Below are positions 12,784 through 27,000 of a stretch of DNA of 64,000 bases, in pieces. The stretch is taken from assembly GCA_964016885.1 (NCBI GenBank), contig OZ024741.1, positions 249,612,001 through 249,676,000 on the forward strand, written 5' to 3'. The notes under the pieces are model-generated. The model saw only the letters and a program-made list of their open reading frames with translations. It was not told where the DNA came from and ran no database searches. A program made the position numbers and the translations under genes. Every line of letters begins with the position of its first letter. Position 1 is the first letter of the stretch. This DNA comes from Eledone cirrhosa. Its lineage: Eukaryota.

Positions 12784-12893
12784 TCAGGGGGAGATAATTT
12801 GTAAAAAAAATCAGGGGGAGATAATTTGTAAAAAAAAATCAGGGGTAGATAATTTGTAAAAAAAAATCAGGGGGAGATAATTTGTAAAAAAAT

Positions 12894-13046
12894 CAAGGGG
12901 AGATAATTTCCAGCCGTCCAAGGGGAGATAATTTTCAGCCGTCCAAGGAGAGGTAATTTCTAGCCGTCCAAGGGGAGATAATTTCCAGCCGTCCAAGGGG
13001 AGATAATTTTTTAAAAAAATCAGGCGGAGATAATTTGTAAACAAAA
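12894..13046. repeat. Module Q: 4 type-A monomers followed by a T-tract junction monomer and the GTAAACAAAAAT monomer
   Basis: Order: consensus, ATTTTCAGCC, GGAGAGGTAATTTCTAG, consensus, then ATAATTTTTT(T)AAAAAAATCAGGCGGAGATAATTTGTAAACAAAAAT. Confidence 0.9.
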
Positions 13047-13699
13047 ATCAGGGGGAGATAATTTGTAAAAAAAAATCAGGGGGAGATAATTTGTAAAAAA
13101 AAATCAGGGGGAGATAATTTGTAAAAAAAATCAAGGGGAGATAATTTCCAGCCGTCCAAGGGGAGGTAATATCTAGCCATCCAAGGGGAGATAATTTCCA
13201 GCCGTCCAAGGGGAGATAATTTCCAGCCGTCCAAGGGGAGATAATATCCAGCCGTCCAAGGAGACATATTTTCCAGCCGTCCAAGGAGACGTAATTTCTA
13301 GCCGTCCAAGGGGAGATAAGTTCCAGCCTCCAAGGGGAGATAATTTCCAGCCAGCCAAGGGGAGATAATTTGTAAAAAAATTAGGGGGAGAAAATTTGTA
13401 AAAAAAAATTAGGGGGAGATAATTTGTAAAAAAAAATCAGGGGGAGATAATTTGTAAAAAAAAATCAGGGGGAGATAATTTGTAAAAAAAATCAAGGGGA
13501 GATAATTTCCAGCCGTCCAAGGGGAGATAATTTTCAGCCGTCCAAGGAGAGGTAAATTCTAGCCGTCCAAGGAGATATAATTTCCAGCCGTCCAAGGGGA
13601 GATAATTTCCAGCCGTCCAAGGGGAGATAATTTTTAAAAAAAAATCAGGCGGAGATAATTTGTAAACAAAAATCAGGGGGAGATAATTTTTAAAAAAAA

Positions 13700-16600
13700 A
13701 TCAGGGGGAGATAATTTGTAAAAAAAAATCAGGGGGAGATAATTTGTAAAAAAAATCAAGGGGAGATAATTTCCAGCCGTCCAAGGGGAGGTAATATCTA
13801 GCCATCCAAGGGGAGATAATTTCCAGCCGTCCAAGGGGAGATAATTTCCAGCCGTCCAAGGGGAGATAATATCCAGCCGTCCAAGGAGACATATTTTCCA
13901 GCCGTCCAAGGAGAGGTAATTTCTAGCCGTCCAAGGGGAGATAAGTTCCAGCCTCCAAGGGGAGATAATTTCCAGCCAGCCAAGGGGAGATAATTTGTAA
14001 AAAAATCAGGGGGGAGATAATTTGTAAAAAAAATCAGGGGGAGATAATTTGAAAAAAAAATCAGGGGGAGATAATTTGTAAAAAATATCAAGGGGAGATA
14101 ATTTCCAGCCGTCCAAGGGGAGATAATTTCCAGCCGTCCAAGGGGAGATAATTTTTTTAAAAAAATCAGGCGGAGATAATTTGTAAACAAAAATCAGGGG
14201 GAGATAATTTGTAAAAAAAAATCAGGGGGAGATAATTTGTAAAAAAAATCAAGGGGAGATAATTTCCAGCCGTCCAAGGGGAGGTAATATCTAGCCATCC
14301 AAAGGGAGATAATTTCCAGCCGTCCAAGGGGAGATAATTTCCAGCCGTCCAAGGGGAGATAATATCCAGCCGTCCAAGGAGACATATTTTCCAGCCGTCC
14401 AAGGAGAGGTAATTTCTAGCCGTCCAAGGGGAGATAAGTTCCAGCCTCCAAGGGGAGATAATTTCCAGCCAGCCAAGGGGAGATAATTTGTAAAAAAATC
14501 AGGGGGAGATAATTTGTAAAAAAAAAATCAGGGGGAGATAATTTGTAAAAAAATCAGGGGGAGATAATTTGTAAAAAAAAAATCAGGGGGAGATAATTTG
14601 TAGAAAAAATCAGGGGTTGATAATTTGTAAAAAAAATCAGGGGGAGATAATTTGTAAAAAAAATCAGGGGGAGATAATTTGTAAAAGAAATCAGGGGTAG
14701 ATAATTTTCAGTCGTCCAAGGGGAGATAATTTCCATCCTTCCAAGGGGAGATAATTTCCAGCCGTCCAAGGGGAGATAATTTCCCGCCAGCCAAGGAGAG
14801 ATAACATTTAAAAAAATCAGGCGGAGATAATTTGTAAAAAAAATCAGGGGGAGATAATTTGTAAAAAAATCAGGGGGAGATAATTTGTAAAAAAAATCAG
14901 GGGTAGATAATTTCCAGCCGTCCAAGGGGAGATAATTTCCATCCTTCCAAGGGGAGATAATTTCCAGCCGTCCAAGGGGAGATAATTTCCCGCCAGCCAA
15001 GGAGAGATAATATTTAAAAAAATCAGGCGGAGATAATTTGTAAAAAAAATCAGGGGGAGATAATTTGTAAAAAAATCAGGGGGAGATAATTTGTAAAAAA
15101 AAATCAGGGGGAGATAATTTGTAAAAAAAATCAGGGGGAGATAATTTGTAAAAAAAAATCAGGGGTAGATAATTTGTAAAAAAAAATCAGGGGGAGATAA
15201 TTTGTAAAAAAAAATCAGGGGGAGATAATTTGTAAAAAAATCAAGGGGAGATAATTTCCAGCCGTCCAAGGGGAGATAATTTTCAGCCGTCCAAGGAGAG
15301 GTAATTTCTAGCCGTCCAAGGGGAGATAATTTCCAGCCGTCCAAGGGGAGATAATTTTTTTAAAAAAATCAGGCGGAGATAATTTGTAAACAAAAATCAG
15401 GGGGAGATAATTTGTAAAAAAAAATCAGGGGGAGATAATTTGTAAAAAAAAATCAGGGGGAGATAATTTGTAAAAAAAATCAAGGGGAGATAATTTCCAG
15501 CCGTCCAAGGGGAGGTAATATCTAGCCATCCAAGGGGAGATAGTTTCCAGCCGTCCAAGGGGAGATAATTTCCAGACGTCCAAGGGGAGATAATATCCAG
15601 CCGTCCAAGGAGACATATTTTCCAGCCGTCCAAGGAGAGGTAATTTCTAGCCGTCCAAGGGGAGATAAGTTCCAGCCTCCAAGGGGAGATAATTTCCAGC
15701 CAGCCAAGGGGAGATAATTTGTAAAAAAATCAGGGGGAGATAATTTGTAAAAAAAAAATCAGGGGGAGATAATTTGTAAAAAAATCAGGGGGAGATAATT
15801 TGTAAAAAAAAATCAGGGGGAGATAATTTGTAAAAAAAATCAGGTGGAGATAATTTGTAAAAAAAATCAGGGGTAGATAATTTGTAAAAAAAATCAGGGG
15901 GAGATAATTTGTAAAAAAAATCAGGGGGAGATAATTTGTAAAAAAAATCAGGGGTAGATAATTTTCAGCCGTCCAAGGGGAGATAATTTCCATCCTTCCA
16001 AGGGGAGATAATTTCCAGCCGTCCAAGGGGAGATAATTTCCCGCCAGCCAAGGAGAGATAACATTTAAAAAAATCAGGCGGAGATAATTTGTAAAAAAAA
16101 TCAGGGGGAGATAATTTGTAAAAAAATCAGGGGGAGATAATTTGTAAAAAAAATCAGGGGTAGATAATTTCCAGCCGTCCAAGGGGAGATAATTTCCATC
16201 CTTCCAAGGGGAGATAATTTCCAGCCGTCCAAGGGGAGATAATTTCCCGCCAGCCAAGGAGAGATAATATTTAAAAAAATCAGGCGGAGATAATTTGTAA
16301 AAAAAATCAGGGGGAGATAATTTGTAAAAAAATCAGGGGGAGATAATTTGTAAAAAAAAATCAGGGGGAGATAATTTGTAAAAAAAATCAGGGGGAGATA
16401 ATTTGTAAAAAAAAATCAGGGGTAGATAATTTGTAAAAAAAAATCAGGGGGAGATAATTTGTAAAAAAATCAAGGGGAGATAATTTCCAGCCGTCCAAGG
16501 GGAGATAATTTTCAGCCGTCCAAGGAGAGGTAATTTCTAGCCGTCCAAGGGGAGATAATTTCCAGCCGTCCAAGGGGAGATAATTTTTTAAAAAAATCAG

Positions 16601-19600
16601 GCGGAGATAATTTGTAAACAAAAATCAGGGGGAGATAATTTGTAAAAAAAAATCAGGGGGAGATAATTTGTAAAAAAAAATCAGGGGGAGATAATTTGTA
16701 AAAAAAATCAAGGGGAGATAATTTCCAGCCGTCCAAGGGGAGGTAATATCTAGCCATCCAAGGGGAGATAATTTCCAGCCGTCCAAGGGGAGATAATTTC
16801 CAGCCGTCCAAGGGGAGATAATATCCAGCCGTCCAAGGAGACATATTTTCCAGCCGTCCAAGGAGACGTAATTTCTAGCCGTCCAAGGGGAGATAAGTTC
16901 CAGCCTCCAAGGGGAGATAATTTCCAGCCAGCCAAGGGGAGATAATTTGTAAAAAAATTAGGGGGAGATAATTTGTAAAAAAAAATTAGGGGGAGATAAT
17001 TTGTAAAAAAAAATCAGGGGGAGATAATTTGTAAAAAAAAATCAGGGGGAGATAATTTGTAAAAAAAATCAAGGGGAGATAATTTCCAGCCGTCCAAGGG
17101 GAGATAATTTTCAGCCGTCCAAGGAGAGGTAAATTCTAGCCGTCCAAGGAGATATAATTTCCAGCCGTCCAAGGGGAGATAATTTCCAGCCGTCCAAGGG
17201 GAGATAATTTTAAAAAAAAAATCAGGCGGAGATAATTTGTAAACAAAAATCAGGGGGAGATAATTTTTAAAAAAAAATCAGGGGGAGATAATTTGTAAAA
17301 AAAAATCAGGGGGAGATAATTTGTAAAAAAAATCAAGGGGAGATAATTTCCAGCCGTCCAAGGGGAGGTAATATCTAGCCATCCAAGGGGAGATAATTTC
17401 CTGCCGTCCAAGGGGAGATAATTTCCAGCCGTCCAAGGGGAGATAATATCCAGCCGTCCAAGGAGACATATTTTCCAGCCGTCCAAGGAGAGGTAATTTC
17501 TAGCCGTCCAAGGGGAGATAAGTTCCAGCCTCCAAGGGGAGATAATTTCCAGCCAGCCAAGGGGAGATAATTTGTAAAAAAATCAGGGGGGAGATAATTT
17601 GTAAAAAAAATCAGGGGGAGATAATTTGAAAAAAAAATCAGGGGGAGATAATTTGTAAAAAATATCAAGGGGAGATAATTTCCAGCCCTCCAAGGGGCTA
17701 TAATTTCCAGCCGTGCAAGGGGAGATAATTTCCAGCCGTCCAAGGGGAGATAATTTCCATCCTTCCAAGGGGAGATAATTTCCAGCCGTCCAAGGGGAGA
17801 TAATTTCCCGCCAGCCAAGGGAAGATAATTTTTTAAAAAATCAGGCGGAGATTGTAAAAAAAATCAGGGGGAGATAATTTGTAAAAAAAATCAGGGGGAG
17901 ATAATTTGTAAAAAAAATCAGGGGGAGATAATTTGTAAAAAAAATCAGGGGTAGATAATTTTCAGCCGTCCAAGGGGAGATAATTTCCATCCTTCCAAGG
18001 GGAGATAATTTCCAGCCGTCCAAGGGGAGATAATTTCCATCCTTCCAAGGGGAGATAATTTCCAGCCGTCCAAGGGGAGATAATTTCCCGCCAGCCAAGG
18101 AGAGATAATATTTAAAAAAATCAGGCGGAGATAATTTGTAAAAAAAATCAGGGGGAGATAATTTGTAAAAAAATCAGGGGGAGATAATTTGTAAAAAAAA
18201 ATCAGGGGGAGATAATTTGTAAAAAAAATCAGGGGGAGATAATTTGTAAAAAAAAATCAGGGGTAGATAATTTGTAAAAAAAAATCAGGGGGAGATAATT
18301 TGTAAAAAAAAAATCAGGGGGAGATAATTTGTAAAAAAATCAAGGGGAGATAATTTCCAGCCGTCCAAGGGGAGATAATTTTCAGCCGTCCAAGGAGAGG
18401 TAATTTCTAGCCGTCCAAGGGGAGATAATTTCCAGCCGTCCAAGGGGAGATAATTTTTTTAAAAAAATCAGGCGGAGATAATTTGTAAACAAAAATCAGG
18501 GGGAGATAATTTGTAAAAAAAAATCAGGGGGAGATAATTTGTAAAAAAAAATCAGGGGGAGATAATTTGTAAAAAAAATCAAGGGGAGATAATTTCCAGC
18601 CGTCCAAGGGGAGGTAATATCTAGCCATCCAAGGGGAGATAATTTCCAGCCGTCCAAGGGGAGATAATTTCCAGCCGTCCAAGGGGAGATAATATCCAGC
18701 CGTCCAAGGAGACATATTTTCCAGCCGTCCAAGGAGACGTAATTTCTAGCCGTCCAAGGGGAGATAAGTTCCAGACTCCAAGGGGAGATAATTTCCAGCC
18801 AGCCAAGGGGAGATAATTTGTAAAAAAATTAGGGGGAGATAATTTGTAAAAAAAAATTAGGGGGAGATAATTTGTAAAAAAAAATCAGGGGGAGATAATT
18901 TGTAAAAAAAAATCAGGGGGAGATAATTTGTAAAAAAAATCAAGGGGAGATAATTTCCAGCCGTCCAAGGGGAGGTAATATCTAGCCATCCAAGGGGAGA
19001 TAATTTCCAGCCGTCCAAGGGGAGATAATTTCCAGCCGTCCAAGGGGAGATAATATCCAGCCGTCCAAGGAGACATATTTTCCAGCCGTCCAAGGAGAGG
19101 TAATTTCTAGCCGTCCAAGGGGAGATAAGTTCCAGCCTCCAAGGGGAGATAATTTCCAGCCAGCCAAGGGGAGATAATTTGTAAAAAAATCAGGGGGGAG
19201 ATAATTTGTAAAAAAAATCAGGGGGAGATAATTTGAAAAAAAAATCAGGGGGAGATAATTTGTAAAAAATATCAAGGGGAGATAATTTCCAGCCGTCCAA
19301 GGGGAGATAATTTCCAGCCGACCAAGGGGAGATAATTTTTTTAAAAAAATCAGGCGGAGATAATTTGTAAACAAAAATCAGGGGGAGATAATTTGTAAAA
19401 AAAAATCAGGGGGAGATAATTTGTAAAAAAAATCAAGGGGAGATAATTTCCAGCCGTCCAAGGGGAGGTAATATCTAGCCATCCAAAGGGAGATAATTTC
19501 CAGCCGTCCAAGGGGAGATAATTTCCAGCCGTCCAAGGGGAGATAATATCCAGCCGTCCAAGGAGACATATTTTCCAGCCGTCCAAGGAGAGGTAATTTC

Positions 19601-22600
19601 TAGCCGTCCAAGGGGAGATAAGTTCCAGCCTCCAAGGGGAGATAATTTCCAGCCAGCCAAGGGGAGATAATTTGTAAAAAAATCAGGGGGAGATAATTTG
19701 TAAAAAAAAAATCAGGGGGAGATAATTTGTAAAAAAATCAGGGGGAGATAATTTGTAAAAAAAAAATCAGGGGGAGATAATTTGTAGAAAAAATCAGGGG
19801 TTGATAATTTGTAAAAAAAATCAGGGGGAGATAATTTGTAAAAAAAATCAGGGGGAGATAATTTGTAAAAGAAATCAGGGGTAGATAATTTTCAGTCGTC
19901 CAAGGGGAGATAATTTCCATCCTTCCAAGGGGAGATAATTTCCAGCCGTCCAAGGGGAGATAATTTCCCGCCAGCCAAGGAGAGATAACATTTAAAAAAA
20001 TCAGGCGGAGATAATTTGTAAAAAAAATCAGGGGGAGATAATTTGTAAAAAAATCAGGGGGAGATAATTTGTAAAAAAAATCAGGGGTAGATAATTTCCA
20101 GCCGTCCAAGGGGAGATAATTTCCATCCTTCCAAGGGGAGATAATTTCCAGCCGTCCAAGGGGAGATAATTTCCCGCCAGCCAAGGAGAGATAATATTTA
20201 AAAAAATCAGGCGGAGATAATTTGTAAAAAAAATCAGGGGGAGATAATTTGTAAAAAAATCAGGGGGAGATAATTTGTAAAAAAAAATCAGGGGGAGATA
20301 ATTTGTAAAAAAAATCAGGGGGAGATAATTTGTAAAAAAAAATCAGGGGTAGATAATTTGTAAAAAAAAATCAGGGGGAGATAATTTGTAAAAAAAAATC
20401 AGGGGGAGATAATTTGTAAAAAAATCAAGGGGAGATAATTTCCAGCCGTCCAAGGGGAGATAATTTTCAGCCGTCCAAGGAGAGGTAATTTCTAGCCGTC
20501 CAAGGGGAGATAATTTCCAGCCGTCCAAGGGGAGATAATTTTTTTAAAAAAATCAGGCGGAGATAATTTGTAAACAAAAATCAGGGGGAGATAATTTGTA
20601 AAAAAAAATCAGGGGGAGATAATTTGTAAAAAAAAATCAGGGGGAGATAATTTGTAAAAAAAATCAAGGGGAGATAATTTCCAGCCGTCCAAGGGGAGGT
20701 AATATCTAGCCATCCAAGGGGAGATAATTTCCAGCCGTCCAAGGGGAGATAATTTCCAGACGTCCAAGGGGAGATAATATCCAGCCGTCCAAGGAGACAT
20801 ATTTTCCAGCCGTCCAAGGAGAGGTAATTTCTAGCCGTCCAAGGGGAGATAAGTTCCAGCCTCCAAGGGGAGATAATTTCCAGCCAGCCAAGGGGAGATA
20901 ATTTGTAAAAAAATCAGGGGGAGATAATTTGTAAAAAAAAAATCAGGGGGAGATAATTTGTAAAAAAATCAGGGGGAGATAATTTGTAAAAAAAAATCAG
21001 GGGGAGATAATTTGTAAAAAAAATCAGGTGGAGATAATTTGTAAAAAAAATCAGGGGTAGATAATTTGTAAAAAAAATCAGGGGGAGATAATTTGTAAAA
21101 AAAATCAGGGGGAGATAATTTGTAAAAAAAATCAGGGGTAGATAATTTTCAGCCGTCCAAGGGGAGATAATTTCCATCCTTCCAAGGGGAGATAATTTCC
21201 AGCCGTCCAAGGGGAGATAATTTCCCGCCAGCCAAGGAGAGATAACATTTAAAAAAATCAGGCGGAGATAATTTGTAAAAAAAATCAGGGGGAGATAATT
21301 TGTAAAAAAATCAGGGGGAGATAATTTGTAAAAAAAATCAGGGGTAGATAATTTCCAGCCGTCCAAGGGGAGATAATTTCCATCCTTCCAAGGGGAGATA
21401 ATTTCCAGCCGTCCAAGGGGAGATAATTTCCCGCCAGCCAAGGAGAGATAATATTTAAAAAAATCAGGCGGAGATAATTTGTAAAAAAAATCAGGGGGAG
21501 ATAATTTGTAAAAAAATCAGGGGGAGATAATTTGTAAAAAAAAATCAGGGGGAGATAATTTGTAAAAAAAATCAGGGGGAGATAATTTGTAAAAAAAAAT
21601 CAGGGGTAGATAATTTGTAAAAAAAAATCAGGGGGAGATAATTTGTAAAAAAATCAAGGGGAGATAATTTCCAGCCGTCCAAGGGGAGATAATTTTCAGC
21701 CGTCCAAGGAGAGGTAATTTCTAGCCGTCCAAGGGGAGATAATTTCCAGCCGTCCAAGGGGAGATAATTTTTTAAAAAAATCAGGCGGAGATAATTTGTA
21801 AACAAAAATCAGGGGGAGATAATTTGTAAAAAAAAATCAGGGGGAGATAATTTGTAAAAAAAAATCAGGGGGAGATAATTTGTAAAAAAAATCAAGGGGA
21901 GATAATTTCCAGCCGTCCAAGGGGAGGTAATATCTAGCCATCCAAGGGGAGATAATTTCCAGCCGTCCAAGGGGAGATAATTTCCAGCCGTCCAAGGGGA
22001 GATAATATCCAGCCGTCCAAGGAGACATATTTTCCAGCCGTCCAAGGAGACGTAATTTCTAGCCGTCCAAGGGGAGATAAGTTCCAGCCTCCAAGGGGAG
22101 ATAATTTCCAGCCAGCCAAGGGGAGATAATTTGTAAAAAAATTAGGGGGAGATAATTTGTAAAAAAAAATTAGGGGGAGATAATTTGTAAAAAAAAATCA
22201 GGGGGAGATAATTTGTAAAAAAAAATCAGGGGGAGATAATTTGTAAAAAAAATCAAGGGGAGATAATTTCCAGCCGTCCAAGGGGAGATAATTTTCAGCC
22301 GTCCAAGGAGAGGTAAATTCTAGCCGTCCAAGGAGATATAATTTCCAGCCGTCCAAGGGGAGATAATTTCCAGCCGTCCAAGGGGAGATAATTTTAAAAA
22401 AAAAATCAGGCGGAGATAATTTGTAAACAAAAATCAGGGGGAGATAATTTTAAAAAAAAAATCAGGGGGAGATAATTTGTAAAAAAAAATCAGGGGGAGA
22501 TAATTTGTAAAAAAAATCAAGGGGAGATAATTTCCAGCCGTCCAAGGGGAGGTAATATCTAGCCATCCAAGGGGAGATAATTTCCTGCCGTCCAAGGGGA

Positions 22601-24070
22601 GATAATTTCCAGCCGTCCAAGGGGAGATAATATCCAGCCGTCCAAGGAGACATATTTTCCAGCCGTCCAAGGAGAGGTAATTTCTAGCCGTCCAAGGGGA
22701 GATAAGTTCCAGCCTCCAAGGGGAGATAATTTCCAGCCAGCCAAGGGGAGATAATTTGTAAAAAAATCAGGGGGGAGATAATTTGTAAAAAAAATCAGGG
22801 GGAGATAATTTGAAAAAAAAATCAGGGGGAGATAATTTGTAAAAAATATCAAGGGGAGATAATTTCCAGCCCTCCAAGGGGCTATAATTTCCAGCCGTGC
22901 AAGGGGAGATAATTTCCAGCCGTCCAAGGGGAGATAATTTCCATCCTTCCAAGGGGAGATAATTTCCAGCCGTCCAAGGGGAGATAATTTCCCGCCAGCC
23001 AAGGGAAGATAATTTTTTAAAAAATCAGGCGGAGATTGTAAAAAAAATCAGGGGGAGATAATTTGTGAAAAAAATCAGGGGGAGATAATTTGTAAAAAAA
23101 ATCAGGGGGAGATAATTTGTAAAAAAAATCAGGGGTAGATAATTTTCAGCCGTCCAAGGGGAGATAATTTCCATCCTTCCAAGGGGAGATAATTTCCAGC
23201 CGTCCAAGGGGAGATAATTTCCATCCTTCCAAGGGGAGATAATTTCCAGCCGTCCAAGGGGAGATAATTTCCCGCCAGCCAAGGAGAGATAATATTTAAA
23301 AAAATCAGGCGGAGATAATTTGTAAAAAAAATCAGGGGGAGATAATTTGTAAAAAAATCAGGGGGAGATAATTTGTAAAAAAAAATCAGGGGGAGATAAT
23401 TTGTAAAAAAAATCAGGTGGAGATAATTTGTAAAAAAAAATCAGGGGTAGATAATTTGTAAAAAAAAATCAGGGGGAGATAATTTGTAAAAAAAAAATCA
23501 GGGGGAGATAATTTGTAAAAAAATCAAGGGGAGATAATTTCCAGCCGTCCAAGGGGAGATAATTTTCAGCCGTCCAAGGAGAGGTAATTTCTAGCCGTCC
23601 AAGGGGAGATAATTTCCAGCCGTCCAAGGGGAGATAATTTTTTTAAAAAAATCAGGCGGAGATAATTTGTAAACAAAAATCAGGGGGAGATAATTTGTAA
23701 AAAAAAATCAGGGGGAGATAATTTGTAAAAAAAAATCAGGGGGAGATAATTTGTAAAAAAAATCAAGGGGAGATAATTTCCAGCCGTCCAAGGGGAGGTA
23801 ATATCTAGCCATCCAAGGGGAGATAATTTCCAGCCGTCCAAGGGGAGATAATTTCCAGCCGTCCAAGGGGAGATAATATCCAGCCGTCCAAGGAGACATA
23901 TTTTCCAGCCGTCCAAGGAGACGTAATTTCTAGCCGTCCAAGGGGAGATAAGTTCCAGACTCCAAGGGGAGATAATTTCCAGCCAGCCAAGGGGAGATAA
24001 TTTGTAAAAAAATTAGGGGGAGATAATTTGTAAAAAAAAATTAGGGGGAGATAATTTGTAAAAAAAAATC
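13700..24070. repeat. Tandem duplication, period 5184 bp (two copies)
   Basis: Offsets: 13798->18982, 14554->19738, 15730->20914, 17375->22559, 18496->23680. Shared variants GGGGTTGATAA, CCAGACGTCC, CAGGTGGAG and CCAGACTCC. Confidence 0.92.
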
Positions 24071-27000
24071 AGGGGGAGATAATTTGTAAAAAAAAATCAG
24101 GGGGAGATAATTTGTAAAAAAAATCAAGGGGAGATAATTTCCAGCCGTCCAAGGGGAGATAATTTTCAGCCGTCCAAGGAGAGGTAAATTCTAGCCGTCC
24201 AAGGAGATATAATTTCCAGCCGTCCAAGGGGAGATAATTTCCAGCCGTCCAAGGGGAGATAATTTTTAAAAAAAAATCAGGCGGAGATAATTTCTAAACA
24301 AAAATCAGGGGGAGATAATTTTTTAAAAAAAATCAGGGGGAGATAATTTGTAAAAAAAAATCAGGGGGAGATAATTTGTAAAAAAAATCAAGGGGAGATA
24401 ATTTCCAGCCGTCCAAGGGGAGGTAATATCTAGCCATCCAAGGGGAGATAATTTCCAGCCGTCCAAGGGGAGATAATTTCCAGCCGTCCAAGGGGAGATA
24501 ATATCCAGCCGTCCAAGGAGACATATTTTCCAGCCGTCCAAGGAGAGGTAATTTCTAGCCGTCCAAGGGGAGATAAGTTCCAGCCTCCAAGGGGAGATAA
24601 TTTCCAGCCAGCCAAGGGGAGATAATTTGTAAAAAAATCAGGGGGGAGATAATTTGTAAAAAAAATCAGGGGGAGATAATTTGAAAAAAAAATCAGGGGG
24701 AGATAATTTGTAAAAAATATCAAGGGGAGATAATTTCCAGCCCTCCAAGGGGCTATAATTTCCAGCCGTGCAAGGGGAGATAATTTCCAGCCGTCCAAGG
24801 GGAGATAATTTCCATCCTTCCAAGGGGAGATAATTTCCAGCCGTCCAAGGGGAGATAATTTCCCGCCAGCCAAGGGAAGATAATTTTTTAAAAAATCAGG
24901 CGGAGATTGTAAAAAAAATCAGGGGGAGATAATTTGTAAAAAAATCAGGGGGAGATAATTTGTAAAAAAAAAATCAGGGGGAGATAATTTGTAAAAAAAA
25001 ATCAGGGGGAGATAATTTGTAAAAAAAATCAGGGGGAGATAATTTGTAAAAAAAATCAGGGGTAGATAATTTGTAAAAAAAATCAGGGGGAGATAATTTG
25101 TAAAAAAAATCAGGGGGAGATAATTTGTAAAAAAAATCAGGGGTAGATAATTTTCAGCCGTCCAAGGGGAGATAATTTCCATCCTTCCAAGGGGAGATAA
25201 TTTCCAGCCGTCCAAGGGGAGATAATTTCCCGCCAGCCAAGGAGAGATAACATTTAAAAAAATCAGGCGGAGATAATTTGTAAAAAAATCAGGGGGAGAT
25301 AATTTGTAAAAAAAAATCAGGGGTAGATAATTTCCAGCCGTCCAAGGGGAGATAATTTCCATCCTTCCAAGGGGAGATAATTTCCAGCCGTCCAAGGGGA
25401 GATAATTTCCCGCCAGCCAAGGAGAGATAATATTTAAAAAAATCAGGCGGAGATAATTTGTAAAAAAAATCAGGGGGAGATAATTTGTAAAAAAATCAGG
25501 GGGAGATAATTTGTAAAAAAAAATCAGGGGGAGATAATTTGTAAAAAAAAATCAGGGGGAGATAATTTGTAAAAAAAAATCAGGGGTAGATAATTTGTAA
25601 AAAAAAATCAGGGTGAGATAATTTGTAAAAGAAAAATCAGGGGGAGATAATTTGTAAAAAAATCAAGGGGAGATAATTTCCAGCCGTCCAAGGGGAGATA
25701 ATTTTCAGCCGTCCAAGGAGAGGTAATTTCTAGCCGTCCAAGGGGAGATAATTTCCAGCCGTCCAAGGGGAGATAATTTTTTTAAAAAAATCAGGCGGAG
25801 ATAATTTGTAAACAAAAATCAGGGGGAGATAATTTGTAAAAAAAAATCAGGGGGAGATAATTTGTAAAAAAAAATCAGGGGGAGATAATTTGTAAAAAAA
25901 ATCAAGGGGAGATAATTTGTCAAAAAAAATCAGGGGTAGATAATTTGTAAAAAAAAATCAGGGGGAGATAATTTGTAAAAAAAAAATCAGGGGGAGATAA
26001 TTTGTAAAAAAATCAAGGGGAGATAATTTCCAGCCGTCCAAGGGGAGATAATTTTCAGCCGTCCAAGGAGAGGTAATTTCTAGCCGTCCAAGGCGAGATA
26101 ATTTCCAGCCAGCCAAGGGGAGATAATTTGTAAAAAAATCAGGGGTAGATAATTTGTAAAAAAAAATCAGGGGGAGATAATTTGTAAAAAAAATCAGGGG
26201 GAGATAATTTGTAAAAAAAATCAGGGGTAGATAATTTCCAGCCGTCCAAGGGGAGATAATTTCCATCCTTCCAAGGGGAGATAATTTCCAGCCGTCCAAA
26301 GGGAGATAATTTCCCGCCAGCCAAGGAGAGATAACATTTAAAAAAATCAGTCGGAGATAATTTGTAAAAAAAATCAGGGGGAGATAATTTGTAAAAAAAT
26401 CAGGGGGAGATAATTTGTAAAAAAAATCAGGGGTAGATAATTTCCAGCCGTCCAAGGGGAGATAATTTCCATCCTTCCAAGGGGAGATAATTTCCAGCCG
26501 TCCAAGGGGAGATAATTTCCCGCCAGCCAAGGAGAGATAATATTTAAAAAAATCAGGCGGAGATAATTTGTAAAAAAAATCAGGGGGAGATAATTTGTAA
26601 AAAAATCAGGGGGAGATAATTTGTAAAAAAAAATCAGGGGAGATAATTTGTAAAAAAAATCAGGGGGAGATAATTTGTAAAAAAAAATCAGGGGTAGATA
26701 ATTTGTAAAAAAAAATCAGGGGGAGATAATTTGTAAAAAAAAAATCAGGGGGAGATAATTTGTAAAAAAATCAAGGGCAGATAATTTCCAGCCGTCCAAG
26801 GGGAGATAATTTTCAGCCGTCCAAGGAGGTAATTTCTAGCCGTCCAAGGGGAGATAATTTCCAGCCGTCCAAGGGGAGATAATTTTTTTAAAAAAATCAG
26901 GCGGAGATAATTTGTAAACAAAAATCAGGGGGAGATAATTTGTAAAAAAAAATCAGGGGGAGATAATTTGTAAAAAAAAATCAGGGGGAGATAATTTGTA

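Larger units (their letters stand above)
11820..13047. repeat. Representative basic higher-order repeat unit (~1226-1231 bp; about 21 A and 26 B monomers): B-run, R(9A), B-run, P(4A), B-run, P'(4A), B-run, Q(4A)
   Basis: Equivalent marker positions recur at 11820->13048 (1228), 43920->45146 (1226), 45146->46374 (1228) and 1659->2888 (1229). The module order is read directly from diagnostic variants. Confidence 0.9.
10500..17680. repeat. Imperfect tandem duplication, period ~3.58-3.60 kb
   Basis: Offsets: 10564->14166 (3602), 12153->15730, 12811->16388 and 13673->17250 (all 3577). Shared variants GTAAAAGAAATC and CAGTCGTCC. Confidence 0.8.
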
